NCBI GenBank assembly: GCA_965205265.1
Contig: CBDBGH010000003.1
Span: 3,424,001-3,488,000 of the forward strand
Direction: 5' to 3'
DNA: 64,000 bases
Origin: Alphaproteobacteria bacterium
GTDB lineage: Bacteria; Pseudomonadota; Alphaproteobacteria; Bin95
Part shown: positions 1 through 8,840 of the stretch, one piece after another
Position numbering within the stretch: the first letter of the stretch is position 1
Layout of the letters: every line of letters starts with the position of its first letter
Position numbers and translations under genes: made by a program
Notes under the pieces: model-generated
Told to the model about the DNA's origin: nothing
Database searches by the model: none
The model's input: only the letters and a program-made list of their open reading frames with translations

Positions 1-14
1 GGCGCGCGGCGCTG

Positions 15-2213
15 ATGACGCGGGCGGCGAAGCGCGATGTCGATCGCGATGCATTGCGCGAGGCCTGGGCGCGGCAAGCCGCCGAACTCGGCTTCGATGC
101 CAGGGCGCTCGCGGCATTCGCCATGGAGCGGAGCCTGAATGGCGCGGAGAGGGAGCATGACGGCGCCGGGAACACCGGCAAGGGCGGTCCGCCCGCGGCG
201 TCGCGGCAGGCGGACCTGTTCGAGCACGCGGCGCGGGCGGACCCCGCGCGCGAGGCGGTGGACTGGGCGCTGGCCCATCTCTCGGAGCGCGACGCGGTGT
301 TCGCCAGGACCGACCTGCTCGCGGCCGCGCTGGCTTACAGTCCCGGTTGCGCCTCCATCGGCGAGATCGAGCGCGCCGTCGCCGGTCTCCGGCGCGAGGG
401 CCGGCTGCACGAAGCGCCGTGCTTGGAGAGCCTGTCCCGGGCCGGTCGCGGGAGCGGCAGTCTCACCACCGACAGGGCGGCGGCCGACGAGCGCGAGACG
501 ATCGCGCTGATGCGCGGCGGCGCGGGCCGGGGCAAGGCGCCGATGCGCGGCTGGAGGGTGGACCGGCATCTCAGGAAGGGACCGCTCACGGCCGGGCAGC
601 GGGAGGCGGTGAAGCTGATCCTGAGCGAGCGCGATCGAACGGTCGGGGTGCAGGGGTTCGCCGGGACGGGGAAGACCCGGATGCTGAACCGCGCCCGGGC
701 GCTGGCGGAGAAGAAGGGCTGGCGCATGGCGGGTCTCGCCCCGTCGGCTTCGGCGGTGCGGACGCTGGCGGCGGAATCGGGCATCGAGAGCGAGACCCTC
801 CAGCGGTTCCTCGCGAGAAACGCGGGCATCGCCGAGGGGCGTCTCACGAAGAAGGGCGCCAGGGACATGCGCGCGGCCTTCGCGAAGACCGTGCTGGTGG
901 TGGACGAAGGGTCCCTCGCATCGACCGTGCAGGCCCGCGACCTGCTCAGGATCGCCGCCGCCATCCGCATCCCGAAGCTGGTGCTGGTGGGCGATGCGAA
1001 GCAGCTCGACGCCGTCGATGCCGGCAAACCGTTCGCCCAGTTGCAGCAGGCGGGCATGAAGACCGCGGTGATGGACGAGATCCTGCGCCAGCGCGACCCC
1101 GGCCTGAAGGCCGCCGTCGAGGCGAGCCTCGCGGGCGAGATCGCCACGGCGTTCGAGAAGCTCGGCTCCCATGTCGCCGAGGTCAAGCCTGACAACATCG
1201 CCGGCGCGGTCGCGGCACGGTGGCTCGCGCTCTCGCCCGAGATGCGCGCGCGCACCGGGGTGATGGCCCCGAGCCATGAGTTGCGCGAGGGCATCAACGC
1301 CCATATCCGCGAGCGCCTCGCCCGTGAGGGGCGCATCGCGGGGCCGGTGTTGCAAACGCAGCGGCTGGTCTCGAAGGGCCACACGCACGCGGAGAAGGCG
1401 CTCGCCTCCAACTACGCCCCCGGCGACGTGGTCGCCTTCCACCGCCCCTACAGGCGGCTCGGCGTGGAGAAGGGCGAGGAACGCCGCGTCATGGGCGTCG
1501 AGCGCAAGGCCCGCGCGGTGCTGCTGGACGACGGCCACGGCGGCCGGGTCGCCTGGAAGCCGTCGGAGATCGGCGGACGCAAGGGCGGGACCGAGGTCTA
1601 CCGGACCGAAACCGTCGAACTGCGCGCCGGCGACCGTATCCGCTGGACCCGCAACGACAAGGGCCTCGGGCTGGTCAACTCCGGCACGGCCGAGGTGATC
1701 GGCGTGCGCAACGGGCGGGTGACGTTCCTGCTGGAGGAGGGACGCAGGCTCACCCTCACACCGGGCGATCCCCAGCTGCGCCATCTCGATTACGCATGGG
1801 CCGCGACCGTGCATGCGTTCCAGGGCCGCACCGTCGACAACGTGATCGCGGCGATGGAGGCGAACCACCCCAACCTGACCACCGCCAAGGCGTTCTATGT
1901 CGAGATATCCCGCGCCCGCGACCGGGCGGAACTGGTCACCGACGACGCCCAGGCGCTGAAGGAACGGCTGGAAGCGGTCACCGGAGAGCGTATCTCGGCC
2001 CTCGAAGGCATCGGCGAGAGCCTCCACCCGGAACGCGAACGCGGGCGGGAAAAAGACGGGAAGGCGCTGCTCGACAGGGAGCGGGCGAATGCCGAGACGT
2101 CGTCGCCGCACCCCCCGGTGCGGGATATCGAGCCGGTTCCGGCCCGCGACAAGGCGCCAAAGCCCGAACCGCCCGCCAGGGGCAAGGGCATCGAGATCGA
2201 CCTCGGTCTCTGA
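15..2213 (+). CDS. trwC: MOBF (TrwC/TraI-like) conjugative relaxase-helicase, C-terminal part; gene starts before window
   Basis: SF1 helicase motifs GFAGTGKT, VDEGSL, VGDAKQL, TVHAFQGRT, YVEISRAR; typical relaxase tail ending GIEIDLGL; the N-terminal relaxase domain is not visible. Confidence 0.85.
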   Translation: MTRAAKRDVDRDALREAWARQAAELGFDARALAAFAMERSLNGAEREHDGAGNTGKGGPPAASRQADLFEHAARADPAREAVDWALAHLSERDAVFARTDLLAAALAYSPGCASIGEIERAVAGLRREGRLHEAPCLESLSRAGRGSGSLTTDRAAADERETIALMRGGAGRGKAPMRGWRVDRHLRKGPLTAGQREAVKLILSERDRTVGVQGFAGTGKTRMLNRARALAEKKGWRMAGLAPSASAVRTLAAESGIESETLQRFLARNAGIAEGRLTKKGARDMRAAFAKTVLVVDEGSLASTVQARDLLRIAAAIRIPKLVLVGDAKQLDAVDAGKPFAQLQQAGMKTAVMDEILRQRDPGLKAAVEASLAGEIATAFEKLGSHVAEVKPDNIAGAVAARWLALSPEMRARTGVMAPSHELREGINAHIRERLAREGRIAGPVLQTQRLVSKGHTHAEKALASNYAPGDVVAFHRPYRRLGVEKGEERRVMGVERKARAVLLDDGHGGRVAWKPSEIGGRKGGTEVYRTETVELRAGDRIRWTRNDKGLGLVNSGTAEVIGVRNGRVTFLLEEGRRLTLTPGDPQLRHLDYAWAATVHAFQGRTVDNVIAAMEANHPNLTTAKAFYVEISRARDRAELVTDDAQALKERLEAVTGERISALEGIGESLHPERERGREKDGKALLDRERANAETSSPHPPVRDIEPVPARDKAPKPEPPARGKGIEIDLGL

Positions 2214-2309
2214 CTGCGGCCTTCGGAACTTCCTTTCGAACGTTCCCGGACGCGATCCGCTCCCGAACCGGGAAGCGGCCCGCATTGCACACAGTCCTGG
2301 TCCGGATCT

Positions 2310-2696
2310 TCACGCCGGTCCCTCGTCCATTGTCTCCGCCATGCTCCTGCGGGCGGCGGCGATGAGGTCGTCGAGCTCCGCGCCGCGTTCGGCGTCGAGC
2401 ATCTCCTCCCGGTCGAGCGTCGCCATCACGTAGACGAGGCGGTAGATCTCCTCGATGAGCGCGGCATGGCCCTGCGACAAGGTGGCCGGTGGAGGTTCCC
2501 CCAGGCGATCCTCGGCGGCGGCAACCGCGCTCGATCGCACGAGTTCGCCGGGGGACATGCCGTGCCGCGCGGCGGCCCGCCGGATCAGGTCCCACTCGGA
2601 ATCGGAGAAGCGGGTCGAGCGCTGCCGGCGCGCATTGCTCCGGTTCTCCGCGGGTTTCTTCCCGGTCTCGGGCCTTTCCCGTTCGCTTCCCGCCAT
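2310..2696 (-). CDS. Ribbon-helix-helix protein, probable relaxosome accessory factor
   Basis: RSTRFSDSEWDLIRRAAARHGMSPGELVR RHH pattern; ATG at 2696 with purine-rich RBS; lies between relaxase and candidate oriT. Confidence 0.65.
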   Translation of the reverse strand: MAGSERERPETGKKPAENRSNARRQRSTRFSDSEWDLIRRAAARHGMSPGELVRSSAVAAAEDRLGEPPPATLSQGHAALIEEIYRLVYVMATLDREEMLDAERGAELDDLIAAARRSMAETMDEGPA

Positions 2697-3123
2697 CCCT
2701 TCTGCCCTTTCCAGGTCGAACTGCCGGCCGGCCGCAATGAACTTCCGACCCTGAAACAGCACGCCGGCGGCCTGTTTGCGGCCGGGCCCGATCCGCCCGA
2801 CAAGGCCGCCGTACCCTTCTTCACCCGCCCCGACGGAACCGCAACCGGACGCCCCGAAGGGCGCCGCCGCGACCCGGATGCCGATCCCGGGGGCGTGTTT
2901 TTCCGTGTTTCGAGAGCCTGCACGGTGGAACACACCGTCACACACCCTGCCACCGATCGCAACCACCCTGACTGCTTTTGGCGACAGGCGCGCGCTGGAC
3001 CGCGCCCCGGTACGACGATCCGGCGAACACAAATCGGTGGCGCTCGGTCCGCGTTGCGCCGGCGGGATTCTGGCGGCGCCTGTCCACTCCTGGCGGCGCC
3101 AGGCAGCGCCTGTCATCGTATGC

Positions 3124-3160
3124 CGCATCCCTGCATCGGGATGCGTTCCGGTGTGACGAA
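3124..3160 (+). promoter_or_regulatory. Candidate MOBF-type oriT (hairpin plus nic; predicted nick after 3154)
   Basis: CGCATCCC-TGCATC-GGGATGCG hairpin followed by TTCCGGTGT/GACG; resembles the hairpin-TGCGTNNNGTGT nic architecture of F/R388/R46 (one extra base here); homologous site at 62449-62476. Confidence 0.6.
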
Positions 3161-3624
3161 TTAGCGGCTTTGCCGTAGAGACAGAGCCGGAACGGACAGC
3201 ATTCATGATGGGGAAATCGGCGCCGGCGAGAGCGGCGGATTGGAGCCTCCGCGGCGCCTGATGCGGGCGACGGTGGCGACACCACGAATGGACGAAGTGT
3301 CGAGCGCGGCGCCGGGGGCGGTGACGGCGGTTCCGACGGGAGCGCCGTCACGAGGATCGGCGGGAGTGCCGGGAGCGATGCAGGCGACAACGCGCGATGG
3401 CGGCGACAGCCGCAAGGCGCTGCTGCCTTGGCCGGCGATCGGGCTGGCGGTCGCCAGCACCGACGGCGCTGCCGGAGATGCCGGTCACGGCGTCGATCGC
3501 GAGCGGGGCGCGAAGCACGCGCGAGGAGGGCGTTGTCCGCGCGATGCCGTTTGCGGAAAGAGCAGCGAGCCGCGCCGCCGTCCCGTTGCCGGGGATGACG
3601 ATGCGGCCCGCGCTGCGTTGCGGC

Positions 3625-4563
3625 CTATGCGCTGGCCTGGAGGACCGGGATACCGAGCTGGCGCGCGCGGTCGATGAGGTTCCCGGTGATGCCGCCGCCG
3701 CTGGCGGGGAAGGCGATGACGCCCTTGGGCAGGAGGTTGAGCAGTTCGTCGTTGCGGCGGAAGGGCGCGGCGCGGCCGTGCCTGTTCCAGTCGGGCTTGC
3801 AGACGACCTGGTGGACGCCGTTGCGCTCGGCCCAGCTTGCGGCGACCTTCTCGACGCCGGGTCCGCCGCCGTGCACGAGGACCATGTCGTTGTGCTTGGC
3901 GCGGGTCCTGTCGAGCATGCGGATCACCGCGTCGGGGTTGTCGATGTCCTTGCCGCCGGCGATGGCGACGAGGGTTCCCTGCGGCATGTGGGCCATGGTC
4001 TCGCGGTCCTTGCGTGCGCGGACGAAGTCTCGGGCGTCGATGCTGGCGGAGGTCAGCCTGCCGGTCTGGCTGACGTGGCTGCCGCGCCGGGGCCGCCAGG
4101 TGTCGCCGGTCTCGGCGCGGTACTGTTCGGCCACCGCATCGCGCAGGGTCTCGAAGGCGTCGCGTCGGTCCCCGAGGTTCTGTGCGCGGTCGGTGACGAG
4201 TTCGAGTTCGCGGGACCTGATCTCGGTTCCGTCCTGGTCGCGCTGGAGGTCGCGGAGTTCGGGGGTGAGCCGATCGACGCCGCGGTCGATGCGCTGCGTC
4301 TGGGCATGGAGCATGTTGACGAACCCCCAGAGCAGGTGTTCGCGCTCGTCGGCGAGCTGCGTGCCGTCGGGGCAGACGCCTTCGGCCATGATGCGGAAGG
4401 CTTCGGCAACGGCGTCGGTGGCGTCGTCCTTGTCCCAGACGTCGCGGGTGTCGAACTCGCCGCGTTCGGGGGTTGCGCCGTAGAGGGCGGCGTTCTCGCA
4501 GACGGTTGCGGTCACGGAGTGCCCTTCGGTCTCCATGGTGTCGATGTTCTCGATGAGGGTCAT
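3625..4563 (-). CDS. DUF2493 (SLOG/YspA-like) domain protein
   Basis: C-terminal VLVHGGGPGVEKVAASWA...PDWNRHGRAAPFRRND...IAFP motif; AAGGAG RBS before ATG 4563; paralog at 58366-62089. Confidence 0.8.
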   Translation of the reverse strand: MTLIENIDTMETEGHSVTATVCENAALYGATPERGEFDTRDVWDKDDATDAVAEAFRIMAEGVCPDGTQLADEREHLLWGFVNMLHAQTQRIDRGVDRLTPELRDLQRDQDGTEIRSRELELVTDRAQNLGDRRDAFETLRDAVAEQYRAETGDTWRPRRGSHVSQTGRLTSASIDARDFVRARKDRETMAHMPQGTLVAIAGGKDIDNPDAVIRMLDRTRAKHNDMVLVHGGGPGVEKVAASWAERNGVHQVVCKPDWNRHGRAAPFRRNDELLNLLPKGVIAFPASGGGITGNLIDRARQLGIPVLQASA

Positions 4564-4920
4564 GACGGTCTCCTTGACGATCGGTTGCGCGCTGGGGCCG
4601 ATCCCCAGACGTGATGTCCTGTTGGGAGCCGCGCGCGCAGGGGAAGCACCTGGCCCTGGAAACCCTTGGGGCGGAGTGGTGCGGAAGATCGCTCCGCGAT
4701 CTTCACGGTCCGCCCTTAGGGTTTCCCTGGCCAGGCCGCAGGGAGCGGAGCGACCGGAGGACCCCGCAGGGGTTGCTGGAGCGAGCCCGTGGATCACAAT
4801 GGGACATCACGTCGTCCGGCCCATTCTCTCCCCCTGCACGGACCCCATCGGCCTCTCGGCAGACACGGCGCTGGCGGACGACGCACCGGCCGTGCCGCCA
4901 GCGGGCGATGGCCGCCGCGC

Positions 4921-5148
4921 TCATTGCCAGAGGGGGTGGCTCAGGACGCGCCGGGCGACGGTCTCGCGGATGCGCGAGCGATCATGGATGCGCACGGGGC
5001 CGCGGGGGTCCTCGTCGAGCCAGCAGACGTAGTAGTGCGAGCCCGGGTTCAGGATGTCGTCATGGCGGTGCACCTCGCCGACGAAGTCGCCCTCGACATG
5101 GATGCGTGACTCTTCCGGCGTGATGCGCCTGAAAACGATGTCGGTCAT
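4921..5148 (-). CDS. Small conserved hypothetical protein
   Basis: GGGGAG RBS; clear paralog at 57669-57896 (shared FRRI.P, YYV..LDEDPRGP.R.HDR, LSHPLW). Confidence 0.75.
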   Translation of the reverse strand: MTDIVFRRITPEESRIHVEGDFVGEVHRHDDILNPGSHYYVCWLDEDPRGPVRIHDRSRIRETVARRVLSHPLWQ

Positions 5149-5313
5149 GTTGTTCTCCCCGTCGGATGTTGCCGGAGGCAGGGACCGCTCCTTCTCTCCT
5201 CGCGGCGTTCGCCCGCCCGCCGCTCCACGCCGACCCCAGCCGGCTCTTGCAAATTGACGGCGACGCCGCCGTCCTTCGCGGCCGGCGGGTCAGGGAGGGC
5301 TCCGGACAGGCGG

Positions 5314-5344
5314 CAAAAGGGGGGCGGCCGCGCAGCGGCCGCCC
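5314..5344 (-). terminator. Probable intrinsic terminator after ssb
   Basis: GGGCGGCCGC/GCGGCCGCCC stem followed by TTTT on the minus strand. Confidence 0.5.
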
Positions 5345-5373
5345 GAGTTGGGAGGAAGGAAGTGTGATCGGCC

Positions 5374-5811
5374 TCAGAAAGGGATGATGTCGCGGGACTC
5401 CCCGGCCTGCTCCGGGGCGCCGCCGGCCGGCATGGCGCCGTTGCCGTTCGCGCCGAGAGGCTTGTCCAGGAACTGGACGCGCGAACCGGGCGCCAGCAGG
5501 ATCTCGGTGGAGAAGCGGTCGCTGTCCTCACCCTCCTTCTTCCACCGCCGGGTCTGGAGCTTGCCCGAGACGTAGACCAGCCGGCCCTTCCTCGCGTTCT
5601 TGACCAGCATGTCGATCAGCCCGTCCTGGAAGGTGACGACGCGATGCCACTCGGTGCGGTCGATGCGCTCGCCGCTGCCGTGCCGGTCGACGTAGCTCTC
5701 GTCGGTGGCGATGCTCATGTTGGCCACGCGGCCTCCCGAGGCGAGATGGTTGACGGTGACGTCGGTGCCGAGGCGGCCGATCACTTCCGCTCTGTTCAAT
5801 CCGAAGCTCAT
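5374..5811 (-). CDS. ssb: Single-stranded DNA-binding protein
   Basis: LNRAEVIGRLG, TEWHRVV, KGRLVYVSGKLQTRRW, tail ending IPF; GAAGGAG RBS. Confidence 0.95.
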   Translation of the reverse strand: MSFGLNRAEVIGRLGTDVTVNHLASGGRVANMSIATDESYVDRHGSGERIDRTEWHRVVTFQDGLIDMLVKNARKGRLVYVSGKLQTRRWKKEGEDSDRFSTEILLAPGSRVQFLDKPLGANGNGAMPAGGAPEQAGESRDIIPF

Positions 5812-5914
5812 GATCTTCTCCTTCATGCTCGATATTGACGTTGGGTTGACGAACGGCGGGAACCGGAATCCCTCGCTCCGGCCCCCTGCCGCTCACCTTC
5901 TCCGAAGCTTTCCT

Positions 5915-6058
5915 TCACTCTGCGTCGCGGCCGGCGAGGACCTCGCGGATGGCCCGGCTGTCGAGGCCGGCCTCGGCCAGCAGTTCGTCGCAGGCCGGCG
6001 TGTCACGTTCGGTGTCGGTTGCCGCATCGGCATCGGTGTCGTGGAAGAACTCGGACAT
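5915..6058 (-). CDS. Small acidic hypothetical protein (47 aa)
   Basis: GGGGAG RBS; ELLAEAGLDSRAIREVLA resembles ELLAELGIPSACVREVIA of 55315-55524, which has the same position upstream of ssb. Confidence 0.55.
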   Translation of the reverse strand: MSEFFHDTDADAATDTERDTPACDELLAEAGLDSRAIREVLAGRDAE

Positions 6059-6266
6059 GGGCATCTCCCCTGGGCGACGCCCGGACATCCGGCGGAAGGG
6101 CCGCTCCCTTCCACCCCGCCGGGCGCTCGCCCCCGCGAAAGCCCTTCTCCGACTCCGGGACGCCGGCCCCGGCGGAGACAGGGCGGGCGCGTGACGATGC
6201 GTTCGGCGGCAACACCATGGTCGCGGCCACCGGCGCCGGCCGGCGGCACGTGCCTCCGGCGGGCGC

Positions 6267-7316
6267 TCAGGCCCAGGATGCGAAGCGCGCCATGGGGCTG
6301 GCGTCCGCGACGATCTCGACCTCGTCGTGCGAGAGCTTCGCGAAGGCGAGGCAGAGCGCGACATCGGCCTCGCTGTCGAACGGCCCGTGCTCGCGGCCGG
6401 TCTCCAGTTCGATGACGGTCCAGGTCGGATCCCAGACCGGGATGCCCCTGAAATGCGCCGAGCCGTGGCAGGATTTCTCCGCGCAGGGCGGGCAGCGGGC
6501 GGCGCCCTGGGCCGGCGCCCCGCATGCCGTGCACAATCCGCGCTCGCGCCGGAACCTGTAGCGCCTCCGGCTCTGCGCGTTCTTGCGTTGCGGGTTGCGC
6601 CCGGCGCTGTCGGCGACCGCGCAGGGGGCGCAGTATGCCGCGCCGCCGAAGGTGGGGGTCCGGCACCGGACGCACAACCCGGCGGCGCGCCTGTCGGCAT
6701 GGCGCTGCCTTTTCGCCTGCCGGTGGTCGTCGCGGCACGGCCCGCACAGGGTCCGGCCGTCCTCGGGCGGGGCGTTGCCGCAGCGCACACAGAGGCCGGC
6801 GGCCTGGCGGGCCTCGCTGCGCCGGCGGCTGCGCTCCCGGCCGGCCTTGCGCCGGGCTACCGGATCGCGCCCGCCATAGGGTATCCTCTGGGCACTGGCC
6901 CGGGCGTGACGCTCGCGATCGTGCGCGCGATGCTTCTCAGCGCAAGGCCCGCAGGTCGTGCGCTCCGGGCGCGCCGGAACCCGGCCGCACCTTGTGCAGA
7001 TGCCCGTCGCCTTCCTCTCGACATACAGCTTGCGGTCGCGCTCGCGCCCCTGGCGCCGTGCCCGTTCGGGGTCGCGCCGGGGCTTCTTGCCGGCCCGCAG
7101 GCGGGCGTCCCGCGCCCGGCTCGCGCGGTTCTGTTTCTCGTTGCAGGGCGCGCACAGGCGGCGTTCCGGCACAGGGCCGGTCCGGCCGCATCCCGGGCAC
7201 AGGCCGGCCTCGGTCCGTGCGGCGGTGCGTCTGGCGATGCGCGCGCGGTCGCGCGCACGGCGGTTATCCCGAGTCGCTTCTAATGCCGAGTCGGGTGCGG
7301 AAGTCACCTTGTCCAT
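6267..7316 (-). CDS. Arg-rich protein with five CxxC-x9-11-CxxC zinc-ribbon repeats; native start 8090 separated by a mini-RIT insertion, present ATG 7316 supplied by the element
   Basis: Units GLCPGC..CAPC, GICTRC..CGPC, GLCVRC..CGPC, GLCVRC..CAPC, GLCTAC..CPPC; removing 7264-8067 joins MACSNPEIRR (ATG 8090, GAGGAGG RBS) in frame to ARDRARIARR. Confidence 0.75.
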   Translation of the reverse strand: MDKVTSAPDSALEATRDNRRARDRARIARRTAARTEAGLCPGCGRTGPVPERRLCAPCNEKQNRASRARDARLRAGKKPRRDPERARRQGRERDRKLYVERKATGICTRCGRVPARPERTTCGPCAEKHRAHDRERHARASAQRIPYGGRDPVARRKAGRERSRRRSEARQAAGLCVRCGNAPPEDGRTLCGPCRDDHRQAKRQRHADRRAAGLCVRCRTPTFGGAAYCAPCAVADSAGRNPQRKNAQSRRRYRFRRERGLCTACGAPAQGAARCPPCAEKSCHGSAHFRGIPVWDPTWTVIELETGREHGPFDSEADVALCLAFAKLSHDEVEIVADASPMARFASWA

Positions 7317-7365
7317 TGAGTTTCTCCATAGGTTTACTCGGCATTAAATTCGGGTGTCATCGCGC
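7258..7365. repeat. Left arm of 108-bp inverted repeat
   Basis: Reverse complement of 7934-8041 with one mismatch; contains TTATCCCGAG, TAATGCCGAG and CTCGGCATTA submotifs. Confidence 0.95.
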
Positions 7366-7893
7366 GCTGAGAACACTCATCAGGTCGTCCTGCACACCGC
7401 GGAACGTCCCCGGTCTGATGGACGGCGGTGGGTTGTTCTGAAGGATTTCCAGTTTCTCCACTGGGCTTGCACGGAGATACGCTTCGGTGGTTTTGATGTC
7501 CGCGTGGCCGAGCCAGAGAGAGACTTTCCGGACGTCTCCGGTGGCGTGCAGGATCGTCATGGCGGTGGCATGACGCAGCACATGCGGGGTCACCCGCTTG
7601 CTCCGGAGCGACGGAGCCTTCGGTGTAGCCGTGGCGACATGCTTCTTGAGGATGTACGCGAAGCCATCCGCGCTCATCGCCCGTCCTCGTGCGCGGTCGA
7701 CTGTTTCCAGCGCAATACCGGTCAACGCAAGCCAGACCACGAAGTGTCGGGCAGTGCTCCGGTAGCGACGGACACGATTTCCTTCGATCCCCTGACGGAC
7801 ACGGAGATCGTCGATAAACGCTCGAATGACCGGGTCGATGCTGGTCAGTGCCGTAGTCGCCAGCAGGGGCCGGCGATCTCGTCTTGAAGCCAT
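7357..7893 (-). pseudogene. Chimeric tyrosine recombinase remnant (RitA-like N-terminus fused to RitC-like C-terminus)
   Basis: C-terminal PHVLRH..VSLWLGHA...TEAYLRA..EKLE retained; first catalytic Arg region absent; only 178 aa; GGAGG RBS. Confidence 0.75.
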
Positions 7894-7933
7894 TGTCGTC
7901 CTCCATTTCATCGAAAGGGGGGACGACTCATAG

Positions 7934-8041
7934 GCGCGATGGCACCCGAATTTAATGCCGAGTAAACCTATGGAGAAACTCAATGGACAAGGTGACTTCC
8001 GCACCCGACTCGGCATTAGAAGCGACTCGGGATAACCGCCG
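7934..8041. repeat. Right arm of 108-bp inverted repeat
   Basis: Matches the reverse complement of 7258-7365. Confidence 0.95.
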
Positions 8042-8067
8042 AAATTCCGAGCTCGGAATTTCGGCGG
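8036..8067. repeat. Perfect 32-bp palindrome at the element junction
   Basis: CCGCCGAAATTCCGAG|CTCGGAATTTCGGCGG. Confidence 0.95.
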
Positions 8068-8198
8068 ATTTCCGGGTTGGAACAGGCCATGCCGTCCTCC
8101 TCGGTTCGTGGAACAAGGGGAAAGGCGGACGCCCGGCCGCCTGGCCCGGCCCCCGAGCCGGGGACGCCGGGCCGGCAGGACGTCCCGGAAGAAGGCCG

Positions 8199-8525
8199 TC
8201 AGCCCTTCTGGCGGCGGTCGATACCGAGCCCCATGGCGTAGGTGCCCCAGTACTGGACCCCGCCTCGGCTGCCGAGGCCGGTGCAGACGATGATCTCGTT
8301 GCGCTCGGGCCGCATCTCCCTCACCGCCTTCAGCGTCGCGGTGGCACGGCCCGCCTTGCGCCGGCCCTTCGCGTTCGCCGCCTCCGGCCGGACCGGGCGG
8401 ATATCGCCACAGGCCAGAGCCCGGAAACGCTCCACGGCATAGCGGTCATCGGAAAGCCCGCTGCCGAAGAAATGCGTCAGGAAGGTGTTCGCCGTGTTGC
8501 GGGGGAATGCCATGGCTGCCGTCAT
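8199..8525 (-). CDS. Hypothetical protein
   Basis: GAAGGAG RBS before ATG 8525; co-oriented with neighbours; no recognised motif. Confidence 0.5.
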   Translation of the reverse strand: MTAAMAFPRNTANTFLTHFFGSGLSDDRYAVERFRALACGDIRPVRPEAANAKGRRKAGRATATLKAVREMRPERNEIIVCTGLGSRGGVQYWGTYAMGLGIDRRQKG

Positions 8526-8840
8526 GGTGCCGTCTCCTTCGTGCCGATGAGGGGAAACGGACGAACGCCCTCTCCCGGACGCCCGACCGCCGCCCCGCTC
8601 ACGGCCAGGCCTCCCCTCCTGCCGGCGAGGGGCGCGCGGGCGGGGAGACCGGAAGGAGGGCGGCGGGCCGGCAACACGCGTCGGACGGAATGCGGATGCC
8701 GGGCCTTGTTTCCCCTCGGGACGGAACGGCTTTCCCCGCGCCGACGAAATGCGTATCCATTCGCCCGGAGAGAAGCCGCCGGAAGAACGGCGCGCGGTCC
8801 TCCGCGTCTGTCGCATCGCTTGCCGTCCGGGCTCTCGATC

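Larger units (their letters stand above)
7264..8061 (-). mobile_element. Internally deleted RIT (recombinase-in-trio)-like element
   Basis: Long terminal IRs with TAATGCCG motifs; encloses a chimeric tyrosine recombinase ORF; CGGCGG directly repeated at 7258-7263 and 8062-8067. Confidence 0.75.

Noticed and set aside
2697-3206. N-terminal extension of the 298-aa ORF
   Set aside because: Low-complexity and overlaps the conserved non-coding oriT region; ATG 2696 fits better
7357-8016. Functional XerC/D-like recombinase
   Set aside because: Too short, lacks the first catalytic Arg region, and is a deletion chimera
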